Assembly (NCBI GenBank): GCA_965644295.1
Contig: CBFFRP010000291.1
Location: 124,001-188,000, forward strand
Direction of reading: 5' to 3'
Length of the DNA stretch: 64,000 bases
DNA from: Paraphysomonas bandaiensis
Taxonomy: Eukaryota; Protista; Chrysophyceae
Shown here: positions 1 through 12,685 of the stretch, one piece after another
Layout of the letters: each line of letters opens with the position of its first letter
Position numbering within the stretch: position 1 is the first letter of the stretch
Program-made: the position numbers and the translations under genes
The notes under the pieces: generated by a model
The model's database searches: none
What the model saw: the letters and a program-made list of their open reading frames with translations, nothing else
Told to the model about the DNA's origin: nothing

Positions 1-362
1 TGAACGGTATCAGAAAGTTTGATGATCTTTTCTGACAGCCGAGAATTTTCTCCGGCTGCTGCGGTAAGTTTGTCGTTTAGCGCAGCTATTGTTTTCACAG
101 CATTTGAATACTGTTCGTTTCTATCATCTAACTTCTTCGTTACCTGTTAGAGACATTACTAATATACATAAGAACCTAGTAAAGCCCTACATCTTCAAGG
201 GCACTCTCCAACTCCACTTCTAATTCTTTACTTGACTCTACATAGTCATCATACGTACGCTATATAGTAACAATAAAACACATAGATGTACATGAATACA
301 GATATATATACTTTCAGGATGTTATACTCCTCTATAGAGATCACCGCAGCGCCAGTATCCAT
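1..362 (-). CDS. NudE/NDE1-like coiled-coil protein, 5' part (runs off left edge)
   Basis: Manual splicing: exons 362-312, 259-191 and 143-<1 with GT-AG introns give MDTGAAVISIEEYNILK|RTYDDYVESSKELEVELESALED|VTKKLDDRNEQ..., matching the NudE motif (F/Y)xE(S)SxELExELExxL. Not in the ORF track. Confidence 0.7.
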
Positions 363-612
363 GTTTCAATTATATATAATGTACCTATCTACTGACCAGT
401 TGATGTCAACCGATATGACTCTCAACTGTATGTATATATGGGATGTTACTGACTCGTATGGTTTAATGTCTTAACAGTGTTGCCAATCGTGATATTGTAC
501 TGTGTATATTACACGCACTTTCTTCAGTCAAGTAAATAAAACCACTAGTTTTCCATTAACATAATCTATAAATCTTGTATTTTCTTGACGAAAACAGCCA
601 AACTCCAGCATA

Positions 613-682
613 TCTATAGAGCCAATCACATCCATGAAATTGAAAATTTGGCGAAAATTAAAGTATGATGAGTTCTGATTGG
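613..682. promoter_or_regulatory. Putative bidirectional promoter with two oppositely oriented CCAAT boxes
   Basis: GCCAATCA at 621-628 and CTGATTGG ending at 682 lie between divergent start codons (362 and 1115). A similar CTATAGCCAATCACA lies just upstream of the gene at 37016. Confidence 0.35.
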
Positions 683-1114
683 GGGGTCATCCAAGATCTG
701 TATTTGGGTATTTGGTAACAAAAAATTAAATTTTTAGCATTCATTTATCAAAAAAGCGTGATTTCCTGAACACATTTTTTCAGTTTTTCTTCCCTGTTTT
801 GTATGAAATATGACTTTTTGATACTCTATAATCAATGGAATTTATAAAAATGTCAGGTTTTCTATCTCAAAAACAAGAGAAATTTCCCTTGAGTTTTAAA
901 TATGAGTGAGCAGTTGATGGCATGTTGTTTAAGGCCGAGTGTATATACAGTCTATCACTCACTCACTCCAACTCAAGATAGTATCAAGTCGTCCCATAGA
1001 AAGGGAATTTTATAGTGTGTATTGCTATCAATACAGTTCAGAGATGTGTGTTGTATGATCTGAAGGGCTTGAGAGGCTGAGATCCATATAAGTAACTAAC
1101 TAACTCCATCTCAG

Positions 1115-4100
1115 ATGACAGAAACAGAGAAGAAACTTGCAGTAGTGACTGCTGAATTAGAGACTAAACAAAAACAATTGGAAGATTTAAAGGTGAGTGT
1201 TACTGTGCGTATTATATGGATTCTAAAGTTATGGTTAGCATTCATTTGATGAGTATGTGGACTCAAGTAAAGAATTAGAGACTGAGCTAGAAGCCTCACT
1301 GGAAGATGTAGGAATGATGAATATTGATGTTGTGATGTAGGGATAACGATGAGTGTAGGTGGAGGGAAAATTGCATGAAGCAACGAAAAAGAATAAATTG
1401 TTGGAGTCAAAGCTTGCCGACCTTAATTCGCAACTCACAAATGCCACTCTCGAACAGAACCGCATGCATGATAATATGGCCAAAAGTAAGAATACCATTG
1501 AAGCTGCTAATCAAACCATCCGTAAATTGGAGCAGTCCAATGCTGAGATGGAGGACAAAATAAGAGTGCTGGAGTTCACTGAGAAGGACCTGAAGGAAAA
1601 ACTAGATGCAGCGATGGAGGCCGGCATACTCTTGCAGTGCGAGCTGGATGGTAATATAGCATCTGTAGTGTAGTTATATGATTATTTATTTGTCAGCTCA
1701 AGGATCAGACAAGGCAAGCGACGAAGTCAAAAGGATGAAATCTGAACTCACAGATCTTCAGGCTGAATTGGCACGGGTGGACGGGTGGGTAGTCGTCTTT
1801 TTTCTGTCCAAATACTTACTGTGTTAATAATAATGACGATACAGGGAGCTTAATGAATATAAAGAGCGCGAGCAGGACTTCACCGCCAAGGAGAAGGAGT
1901 GGACTCGCAAGCTTGGCAAAGCGACGTACTATGAAGAGGAGTTGTCTCGCGCAAGAAGCCAAATTGGCCTTCTGGAGGCGAGAGTACAACAGCGCACTCA
2001 GGAGAAGTCTGCTATAGAGGCAGAGTTTGCTGAATTTCGAGAAAAAGGTTCTCAAGGCACAGAGAAGACGAAAAGTGAAGTGCCTACTCGACCTACTTCC
2101 AATGGTCATGAAGCGGTGGATGGTTTTGAGACGGTAGTGGAAGACCTCTACGCGCGGTACGCTCGCTATACTGTCCACATTCTGTATTGATTCATATACT
2201 TTGTAACTTTTAATTGCGGAGCATTCCCTCTTGTTGTTTTCCTACCTGTACTTAATTGTCGTTTCCGTCAGTCTTGGAGAGGCCGAGGAAGAAAACAGGG
2301 AACTCACTGAGGCACTCGAAGAAGCACAGGAGGACCTCATGAGGAAACATCAGTACGCTTGTTCCTTGTTTTATTAAGGCTAGTAAACCGTGTTTATTAC
2401 AGATCCCACATGGAGGCCAACAAAGCAAACACTGCATTGGAAGAAAGGCTTAAAGAATCTCAAGATCATATTTACGACCTCGAGCTCCGACTAGATGACA
2501 GTAAAGCTGATCTTGCTGCTGCGAATAAATCTATCGAATTGCTAAAGAAGAAGTTGAATTCGACAGTCAACGGGACTCATTCAGGTTAGGTATATGATTG
2601 ATAGTTGACCGGCTGTAAACGGGTGGGTGTTCATCACAGAATATGACGGCCAATCGAATGAGGGCTTTGCCCTGGAGGTGGGTGCATCCCTATGTGCGTA
2701 TACATGACAGTGATTTTTACATTCTTCAGGAAGCGGAGTCAGAACATAGCAGTTCTCTGGAAGGGACATGGCTTACCGAGCGCTCGGCACTTATTAGTGA
2801 GAGAGATATGCTCCGCGCAGAGGTGGAGGAGCTGCAGCAGAGGCTCGAGCTAGGTGCCGCACCAGTGCGTCCTGTAGAGGCCCTCAACACCTCGGATATA
2901 TCGAACAGTGAGGTAGCAGGGCTCATTGATACCACTGGCAGAGCACGGTTGGCTGCAGAACAGGCAATTGAATCTGAGGATATTGACAGAATGAAGGACG
3001 AGCTTATGCATCAGCTTAGACGATATGACCATATGCGTACTAATAATGCCATGCTCCTGTACAAACTTCAGAGTGCCAAGGGAAATATACAGGTGATTTG
3101 TTTTCGTACTACATTGTTGTGGATCTAAGGTATTTGCTAGGTATGCTGTCGCACAAGGCCACCAAGCGACCAGGAACTTGGCCAGGGTGCGAAAATATGT
3201 CTCGATGTCATCGACGAGACTGAACTAGCTTGCTTTGATAGGTGTGCTCTACTTAGTTTGCTATTGTTTCGTTTAACGTGCTAATTTATCACTGCAGGCG
3301 AACCCATTCATGGAAGTCCTTTCACTTTGATAAAGTGTGGGACGAAGATGCGACACAGGTGCGGTATGTTCGATTGATTCACAGTGATGTTTACGATTCA
3401 TATAGGCCGATGTATTCTCTGACATAGAACCCCTGGCTCTATCTGTCGTGGGTGAGTGACGAGTAATCTTTGCTTAACTGTATTAATGTGATAATATAAG
3501 ATGGATTTAATTCGTGTATATTTGCCTACGGACAAACTGGAAGTGGGAAAACTTTTACAATGGTATGTTAATGGTGACAGCGATGACCGTTTTTACAGTC
3601 TGTATGAATCGATGTAGAATGGATATGGAACGGACTACGGTGTGAGCTATCGCACTTTGCATAAAATATTTGAGTTGCTAAATCTGAAAAAGAAGCAGTC
3701 AGATATAAACGCTGCTAGAACACAGGTCAGACTTTTAGGGTTACATATTGGCTAACATTGTTGACTGGTTGTATGGGACAAGCAGCGGGGTCGAAAACGC
3801 ACGAGACACGGCCGAGCCATGAGCTCCAATACCCAAGAACAGGAAAGTGGTAATATCAGTGGTCTGACCTCTGAATCGGAAGGGGATTTTACTGAAGATG
3901 AACATGTTGATTCGAACAATGAGTCGAAAGGGGGAATGAATAGGCAAAGTGAAATTAGAGGTAACACAGGTGGACTCAAGAAGCGCGAAAGCACGGATTC
4001 AATTCCGCCTTATACCCCATCAGTATCTGAAGGCGACAGTTCATTCTCATTTTCGGTGGAAGTGTCTATGCTAGAAATTTACAACGAAACGGTGAGGTTT

Positions 4101-6057
4101 TCGAACTCTTTGTATTCGTTAACATACTGGAATTAGGTTAAGGATCTTCTGGTGACTCCTGGGTCAAGCAATGGGGGGCTGGATATCCGGCATGACGCAG
4201 AGGGTAGAGTTAGTGTACCTGGCCTGACAAAAGAAGCTGTTACTTGCCTCGAGGACGTGATGGAGGTCTTTGCTCGTGGGTCTGCGAATAGGGCCACCAC
4301 CGCTACGAATCTAAACGAACACAGCTCTCGGTCCCACAGCATTCTTTGTGTGCATGTAACTACAAGCTCAAACGACGGCATGCCTATTACCGGGAAACTT
4401 TATTTGGTGGACTTGGCCGGATCGGAGCGTATGGATAAGAGTGGAGTGACTGGTCAGGCTATGAAGGAGACACAACACATCAATAAGTCGCTTTCTGCTC
4501 TTGGAGATGTAATGGAAGGCCTCGACAAAAAGTCCAAGCACGTGCCGTACAGGAATAGTAAACTCACATATCTGCTCCAGGTCTGTTTCTTCATGTGCGT
4601 TCCCCACCTTATGATATTCATTTTGTGTCTAGGATTCTTTGGGGGGAAACTCAAGAACTATGATGATTGTTACTGTATGCCCCACTGAACTGACGACGGA
4701 TGAGACAATGTTTGCCCTACAGGTGTGCCATGTATACATACTGTGCGTTGTTTTGGACTTACTTGGATTGCAGTTTGCAACTCGTGCTCGGAATATCCAG
4801 CTTGGAGCGGCTAAACGTAATGTCTCTTGGAAGGCACTGGAAGAGTCCCTCAAGAATACTCGCAAAGAACTCGCAGAGGCACGAAAACAGAAGCAGCAGG
4901 CCATGACTCTTGTGTCTGAGTTGAAAAGGGAGAGTAAGAGAACACAGGATAAGCTCTCTACGCAAATGGATACAAAGATAAGAAACATAGACGAAACCCG
5001 CAAGGGGGCGGAACTACAGATCGACGTTCTTACCAGAACGAACGCAGAGTTACTTGCAAAGTAAGAAACTTTTTACTTATTCGTATTTTCTTATACGAAA
5101 CATATATTAGGCTCCAGGAGGAGAAGGAATCACACCGGTTGGCGTCAGCTGAAGTTGACAACATGCAGAAAACGCTGAAGAAGACGCAGGAGCAAATGAA
5201 AGCAGTATGTTATTTTTTTGTATTTGTGATCTTCGTAATATGTCGATGATATTTTAGCTCACTCGGGAGAAAGAACGAGCGTTCGGAACACTGCAAGCTA
5301 GGGATAAAGAGAATGAGAATCTCAGACAGCTACTTCGATCCGTGAAAGATTCTGCTGCTTCCAATTTCTCAATGGGAAATGCCATTAAGGCTGCAACAGC
5401 GCGGATTCCCAAATCACCCCCGAGCCATTTGACTAACCGACCTCCGTTCGGCGGATCCGGGGCGAATAAAGCGAGTAAATACCTTGCAAGCAGTTCGAAA
5501 CCCCATGTAACACCGCAGTACGTATATATACTTACTTACAGTGTTTTGTTTTGATAATATATTCCGTATACAGGACACGTAGCTCATTACGTACTGGAAC
5601 TGGGCACTCTCCTCGAGCCTCCAATGGAGTGGCGCGTTCCGGTAGTCCTGCTTTGTCAGAAGACGATCCTGAAACAAGAGAATTATTTGGCAACCGTGCG
5701 TCAGATGTTACTGATGATAGCAGCAACAGGAAATCCCAATCGGGAAGGCTGCAGTCATACATGAAGCCCACCATCAGCAATAAATTGCACCATCAGTCAC
5801 CTAGACAGAGCGAGGAGACTGAGGAAGATAACGATGCCCCGCAGACTAATACCGCCCCTGTTGTTGGTGGAGGGTATCGAAAAGGCACTGTCAATGCGAT
5901 GGCATCATCCAGGGCTCAGGAAGCCATGCTTAGACACCAGGTACCGATATGTTATTGTCGTTTAGTACTCCGATGATACATATTATAGGAGAGAATGAAG
6001 AAGAAACGAGAACTTGCAGCGAAAAAGGCGAATACTGAACCTGGCTTTAGTTTCTAA
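1115..6057 (+). CDS. Kinesin-14 family motor with N-terminal NudE-like coiled coil (multi-exon)
   Basis: Kinesin-14 neck KGNIQVCCRTRP, P-loop AYGQTGSGKTFTM (~3525-3562), switch I NEHSSRSH, switch II LVDLAGSER, HVPYRNSKLTYLLQDSLGG. The N-terminus FDEYVDSSKELETELEASL...IRKLEQSNAEMEDKIR...LKEKLDAAMEAGILLQCELD resembles the NDE1 coiled coil. Many short GT-AG introns; stop TAA at 6055-6057. Confidence 0.88.
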
Positions 6058-7328
6058 TATAGGCCAGCAGGAAACGAATAGTTTAGTCGTTCATGGTATG
6101 TAATACTGCTTCAGTGGTACAATTTATGGATTTCCCCATTTTGTGACGTTTTTTGGAAATCTTTGGCTCTTATAGCCATTTTCTAGTACCGGGCAGGCTT
6201 TAGCTAGACCTGCACTTTTTAAGGTATTAAGTTACGTCGTATTTGATATTATTGCGTGAAATGAGTTGAAGCCTCATGCGACTACAACGTTTTACATTCA
6301 TCATCCCATCTATGTGCGAATTTCAATACCTCGTGCTACCTCAGCATCCATATGTGGTAGGGGTACATCGTTTGTAGCTATTATAGAAAATTGGAAAATA
6401 TATTGATTAGAGCTAATTTAGTACAATCGCCATTTCCATATATAGGTAATAGGTACCATTGCTTTTATCCAGCCAAGGAACACCTACAAATAGTGTAACA
6501 CCCTCCTATTGGTGTCAACATCATCTAATACAATAACGAGTCCAATATCTCTGACGCGCTGCTCATCAGCACTCTATATCGACTGTTGATCTTCAATAAT
6601 CATTGCTCTGATCCTTCTCAATAATCAATGAAACTAACTAGATTCATGCACCTCCACTTTAGGTTCTCCCTCCATAGTAATAATAGATAAATAACAATGA
6701 ATATGTCTACAACTACAATACTATCTACAAGCAACTTCCATAACCAGATAGCTGATTATTACAATAGCTATACATCATGAACCGCTTCCGTTTCAAAATT
6801 TTGAGCGCGGGACAAAACTAAAATTAAACCACGATTCATTACATATGTCCGTATTCATGCATCTGTTATGGGTGGAAGGTCTGCAAGACGAAGATACACG
6901 TGACTGTGCGTATACGAGGGCTTCTTCTAAATACATCAACTTAATAATGCAATAGTGTGAACTGTCTGTTTGATTGGTTTAAAATCATCAGTTACATCGC
7001 AAGTATAAGGCTGGTATCATCAATACGCACTGAGATATACACACATATCTCAGACACACCGCATGACACATCCACCCCTTCTCGTCAATGACAGAGCTCA
7101 GAGTAGATAACATATGCATCTGTGTGCATCCATACAGTGATGTGTAGTCTTTCTGTGTGGTCTCTCTTGAGGTGTAGTGTTACTTCTAAGAGGGCGATAG
7201 AGCATGCATAGAAGATATTAGGACTTTTAGGGCTGGATACACGGACAAGTAGAGAGATTGCTGTGTGAATGTGTATATATGATGCGTATGTATGTACAGT
7301 ACGTGGACAAGTGTATGTATGTGTGTGA

Positions 7329-7498
7329 AGGAGACGCGACAAGCGCAGTCTCCAGCTGTCAAAAATTATTCCGCTGAGACACCCCGAAGGATGTTCACCC
7401 CAAATTACAGCACCTCAGGCTTGCGCCAGTGCAATGGCCTGCTCAAAGGGGGGCCAGGGCTTTGCTTGATCGGCCCCAAACCGCGAACAGGTAAGTAT
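7329..7498 (-). ncRNA. U1: U1 spliceosomal snRNA
   Basis: Reverse complement begins ATACTTACCTG (U1 5' splice-site-pairing end). It has a U1-70K-type loop GATCAAGCAAAG, the U1A site ATTGCACT, the Sm site ATAATTTTTG and terminal stem-loop IV GGAGACTGCGCTTGTCGCGTCTCC; length ~170 nt. Confidence 0.92.
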
Positions 7499-8133
7499 GA
7501 TTGAGACGGTGGAATGTATTTATTTATATACTTTTTAATTTACCCAAAATATAAAATCTGGAAACACTATATTGGTATACAGATGCCGTATATTTTTTTC
7601 AGTTTTCAGTTTTCAGTGATTATTATGATCATATCCTGCACTCGCTCTTCATCATCCCTTAAACTCTACTGATACTAAACCATCCACACGTATCAGAATA
7701 TCCTCATGTTTATCTTGCTCTGCTCTTCCAAATTATTGGAGTTGTTGTGGGGTTTGAGCTATGTGTGTATTGTACATATGTGTATTGTACATATACACGT
7801 CTTAGTTACTTATATATTGCACAAACGTATATACATGAGTGCTATATATGAACTGCGTACACTTATATGTGCGAATTATGTGTGTATATCACATATATAA
7901 GTCTCTGTTACATACATGCTGCCCATATATGTCTCTGTCACAAATGTACTGCGTATAATGTGCCATAAGAATACTTCACACAAATACGACTGTGACGTAT
8001 ATACTTCAAACATCTATGTATGCATGTCGTATTTAAACTGCAAGCTTAGATATGTTTCTGTTACATATGTTGTGCGATATGTAGATATGTCATGTCTCTG
8101 TCATATGTATACTGCACACATATATTTATATAT

Positions 8134-9266
8134 TAGGGCAGGGGAACAATATATTTTAATAATGTTGTGACATATCTTCCTACCAATACCTATTGCAACA
8201 GCCTTTTAAGAGTCTATAGATACTATTGCAATATATATTACAATATATTACAATAGTATTAATATATATAAGTAGTCCGTAGCTAATTGCTGATGTTCAC
8301 TCCATTTCTAGTTTTTTTTTAAAGAGTGTATGAGCATATCACAAACTGCAATGCCTAACACCATTCAAATTCTCGCATTAACACCGTATTCACCATCTAT
8401 GTCTTCATTCACAATTGTTCGGAATATGTGTGCATCAGGCCAGAAGCGGCGAATAGCTCTCGAAAATTGAATAATATTAAGTGTATCAAGATGAGCAGGT
8501 TTGCCCAAGACGGAAGTGCGAAGATGAGCTGCGTTGAATGACTTTTCATGTGTATTATTTGACGTGTAAACAACACCTATACTTTGAATACTGACTAATA
8601 CACCTATACTTTAATGTCTCAACTTATCGCTTCTTCAGTTTCTGGGAAGACAGCGTCAACCTTTCTGTGTCCAACTAGCGATAATTATATGTATGTTGTG
8701 CGATTACGGTTATGCATGGAGGGTAGGCTGCTGTATATGGTACACAATAGTTTAGTATATACTGGTCTATAGTCTATAGTAATTCGTGATTGCTACTTTC
8801 TATCAACTCTTGAGATATGTGGATGGTGAAATACCTTAACTAGCTGTATATGAAGCCACACAGTAAAAAATTAGTAAAATTATAATCAACATCTGCCATC
8901 ATTCATTGATATATTCGTTATATTTAAATTCTCTCAACTACGAAACAATATTATCATGACACACTTGCGACAATGAATGACCCCACCACGGCGCCTCGAA
9001 CTGCTGCTGTTCCTTCGATTCAAAAAGGCAGCGCAACATGTCATCGATGATGGACTGTCTGATCATAAGAATGAGGACGACAGCGACGAAGAGTTGGAAC
9101 ACTTAGAGTACTACTGTAGTAATATTTCTACCAATAACTAGTTTCTACCGATCGAACTCATTCCTTCTTCTTAACGCCCAAAATTTTTAATAATTATTAT
9201 TGGTTTTGCAAATACTATTATTATTATTGTTTATTTTTGCTTGCAATATATTGTTGACTGGCCCTG
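8134..9266 (+). mobile_element. Degenerate non-autonomous hAT-like DNA transposon
   Basis: Imperfect TIRs: TAGGGCAGGGGAACAATATATT at 8134 versus AATATATTGTTGACTGGCCCTG ending at 9266. 8950-9266 is homologous to the hAT C-terminal remnant and terminus at 42663-43075. No clear TSD. Confidence 0.6.
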
Positions 9267-9309
9267 ATTATCGTATATCAGATAGCCACGATCTTATACA
9301 GTCAAAGAA

Positions 9310-9888
9310 ACGGAAACGCCCAAGGGTGCTAAGATTACTAGGAATCCACAGACAAACCGAGACTAGAACACCGTCCACCGCACCTACAAACCTTACCAAC
9401 CATACACAAAGGACCATAGCACCGGACCGTATGCAACCAACAGGCCCTAGACAACGGCGACGACGTCTCCGGCAACTCCACCTATGCCCAACGCCCAGAC
9501 GGTGCATGGCAACACCGCCACATTCCACCACACCATCAACCTCTCAGTGACACATCTAGTGCTCGGTACGCTCAGGACTTTAATACAGAACCCTGTACCT
9601 CAGAGCCAGGCGGAACCTTATCCCAAGGGGAGACCCCCGGACAACACGCGCCAGTGAGTCCTCAGACACACGAGCAGGGCGAACTCACACACAACATCAA
9701 GAACGGAAGTGGTTGCACCTTGGTGCTTGCGGCGACGCACAAGCAGCTTCTGTAGCGCTAAATAGTAGGATAATAGAATTTGTGCTGATTAGTTATGGGT
9801 AGAGGTCTAACTAGTAGATCTAGCATTCAACTAGCCACTGTATCGGAATGAGTTTTTAACGCCTATTGCTAAATAAAAAGACTTTCAA
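9310..9888 (+). mobile_element. 5'-truncated non-LTR retroelement with 85-bp target-site duplication
   Basis: Identical 85-bp direct repeats at 9225-9309 and 9889-9973 flank it. Its 3' ~270 bp (…GGAAGTGGTTGCACCTTGGTGCTTGCGGCGACGCACAAGC…CGCCTATTGCTAAATAA…TTCAAT) is shared with the copies at 39959 and 40857, and the last ~180 bp with the copy at 32278. Confidence 0.75.
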
Positions 9889-10573
9889 TATTGTTTATTT
9901 TTGCTTGCAATATATTGTTGACTGGCCCTGATTATCGTATATCAGATAGCCACGATCTTATACAGTCAAAGAATTAGTTGCGCGAGCCGTGAGTTGTGAG
10001 GGACAGAACGGAGCGGTATATAGCTCAAACTCCACAACAATTTCAATAATTTGGAAGAGCAGAGTAATATAAACACGAAGTTATGGAATATGGACTGACA
10101 AAGTTGAATATCATTACAAGAAGCACTGAAAATGAAATAACTGAAAAAATCCTATATTCAACAGTGAGAAACAGTATACTTATGATAACAGAGCTACACG
10201 CTCGGTACTTCCTTATGTTACTTAGTTTGCATATACAAGTTTCTCATGCCAATATTTATGTTGACTAAGTACAAGTGGTAAGCAAGTGTATGTGCTAAGA
10301 ACAAAAATAGCAAATGAATTCGTTTAAATACAAGTCATATAATTGCTTGTGAGACGAATGTTATAAACTTACCACAACATATAACAACACAAATGGTTTA
10401 GGTAAACGAAATCAATATAGAGTAATGCAAAAATATTCTAATCATTCGAAAACGTAGGCATATGAAATTACATATACACAAGCATGGATCATTACTTCAA
10501 TATAAACACACAATAATAACTTCAACAATAAAAGCTATTCATATTAAATAAACGGATACGTAAACTTATAACA

Positions 10574-12085
10574 CTAGTTATAGGCCACCATTGATATAGA
10601 CACCGGGAACGAATGAGAAGACATGTTCTCTTGAGAAAGCGCTGTATCTCTGCTAGATTTATTTCTCAATGGTTCCCTTTTCTCAAACTCTTGCGACACA
10701 AAATAAAAGTTTCGCAACTGCTGCTCCTCATCTTGTGGTACAGGTAATGCACAACTTTCTCCATTAGTAGTGCACACCATTTCCTCGTGCCGTTTAACAG
10801 CATCTTCATTGACATTTACTTTGTCAGGCACGAATGGTGGAGGTACTCTTTGCATCTCGATGAGGCACCAAGATAAGCTATTCTCTTCAAACCAGGGGTG
10901 GGTTTTCAGTGCCGCATAGTTTTCACCAGCCCCTAAACGCATCCACAAACGAAGATCAAGAAGCCCACTCAAGACTGACGCGCAAGACGCCGACACCTCA
11001 CCGATCGAACGACTCAGCCATGGAACTCGAACTTGGAGACGGGAAGAATTCAAGCTTCCCATACCTGAAGGAGGAGAAATGCCGTAGCTGTCCATATATT
11101 CAGAATTAATTGAGGGAGGACCACATAGAGGGTCCACTTCAACGTTTTCTCTAAATGTTGGATTAAAATTTGGTGGGTGGTCAGCATCTAAATGTGGAGA
11201 GCACGACCCATAACTAGGTGAACACGCACCATGGAATATCCCACCAGGAGAATGGGCACCCACTGTTGCACTCATTGGTGAAGTAGGGTGCAGATTAAGA
11301 GACTTCGTATTGATATCATATTCAGATAGGCGCTGTGAAGGGGGCTGAGTGACACTGGTGTGACCACCTTTAAGATAGGCTTCTTGTGCATATGCGATGA
11401 ACTCCAACGGACAATGCTTCTCAAACGGTCTACGCTGAAACAACAGCTCGTAAGTAGTTATTCCCAGGCTCCAAAAATCGGCCTCTACCCCATGCGCATG
11501 GTTCTTAATAAATACTTCTGGGGAAATATATTGACGGGTCCCACTAGCTAAATAACAGGATATGCCCCCTTCGTCATCATCAGTTGCTATATATGATATA
11601 CCGAAATCCGTCACCCGAGGAAATCCGTATTCATCAAGAATTATATTCTCTGGCTTTATGTCACGATGGATAATGCCACGTTTGTGCATGTGATGAAGGG
11701 CCTGTGCCACGCAAGCAACTATAAAAGCTACGGCTCGTTCCGATAAATAATTCTTCTCACGAAGGTGGTAACGTAAATCTCCTCCTGTACAAAGATCGAG
11801 TGCAAGAAAGCATTTCCGATAATCAGAGAAAGCAAAGTGAAGACTAGTAATATATGGATGTCTCCCAAGAGACATGAGTACATTAAGTTCATTGTTGGCC
11901 ACATTGAGATTGTTTTTCCATGCTGTATGATTGCGAGTTATCGATATTTCCTTCATTGCAACCCACTTTCCTGATTCAATATGCATAGCAGAAGAGACTT
12001 TCGAGAACCCTCCTACACCAAGTGTGATGGAATATATGAAACTATCTCTGTTAACCTCATGTGAAATGGATGCCGCACACCCCAT
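10574..12085 (-). CDS. AGC-group (YANK/STK32-like) Ser/Thr protein kinase, intronless
   Basis: GVGGFSKV, VAMK, HRDIKPENIIL, TDFG, GTRQYISPE, DFWSLG, RLG…HPWF…PPFVP AGC tail; N-terminal MGCAAS acylation motif. Confidence 0.9.
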   Translation of the reverse strand: MGCAASISHEVNRDSFIYSITLGVGGFSKVSSAMHIESGKWVAMKEISITRNHTAWKNNLNVANNELNVLMSLGRHPYITSLHFAFSDYRKCFLALDLCTGGDLRYHLREKNYLSERAVAFIVACVAQALHHMHKRGIIHRDIKPENIILDEYGFPRVTDFGISYIATDDDEGGISCYLASGTRQYISPEVFIKNHAHGVEADFWSLGITTYELLFQRRPFEKHCPLEFIAYAQEAYLKGGHTSVTQPPSQRLSEYDINTKSLNLHPTSPMSATVGAHSPGGIFHGACSPSYGSCSPHLDADHPPNFNPTFRENVEVDPLCGPPSINSEYMDSYGISPPSGMGSLNSSRLQVRVPWLSRSIGEVSASCASVLSGLLDLRLWMRLGAGENYAALKTHPWFEENSLSWCLIEMQRVPPPFVPDKVNVNEDAVKRHEEMVCTTNGESCALPVPQDEEQQLRNFYFVSQEFEKREPLRNKSSRDTALSQENMSSHSFPVSISMVAYN

Positions 12086-12685
12086 GCTGTCAGGATTAAA
12101 TAATGCCGTCTATTGCATTGTAATCTCCTCATAATGATATCCTTATTGTTCATTTGATTTCTTGATACCATAGTCTCGTATATGTGGTCGATATACTTCA
12201 TATATTGGACCCTTAATGTGGACACTCAGGGCACCTCCATCGTATACTTATATGCCACAGTGGCTACGTGTGTGTATCATACAAGTGAGAAAGATATCAA
12301 CCAGCCTCAGTATAAAAATAGACTTATTATAACATAAAAATTCGATTTTTCTGATTTTGTTTTATAGAGAGTCTAAAAATCTCATAAAAATTAGGGTATT
12401 CTGCATTTGAGAAATTAGAAAGTTCGAATGTTCGATACTGGGAATAAAGTACACCTTGATGGAATGTATATGTATGTAGGCACCATACGTATAGACTGTA
12501 TAATGTTCGTGTTTTTTCCTCTGAGTATTCGTCTATATGTGGAAGAGTAGAGCAGCAGTGTGTGTGTATGTGTATGTATATACTCCATAGCAATAGCATG
12601 GATGTCTTGTAGTAATATCTAGCATCTGCATAGCTACAACTAAATCTCATATTCCAACTTAACTCAACAACTACTTCAATTACCA

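Noticed and set aside
7292-7504. 70-aa ORF and apparent perfect splice donor CAGGTAAGTAT
   Set aside because: Antisense to the U1 snRNA gene; the donor-like sequence is the complement of the U1 5' end.
9200-9550. 116-aa ORF with hydrophobic start
   Set aside because: Chimeric frame spanning the hAT end, the TSD and the retroelement fragment; any endonuclease motifs are too degenerate to assign a clade.
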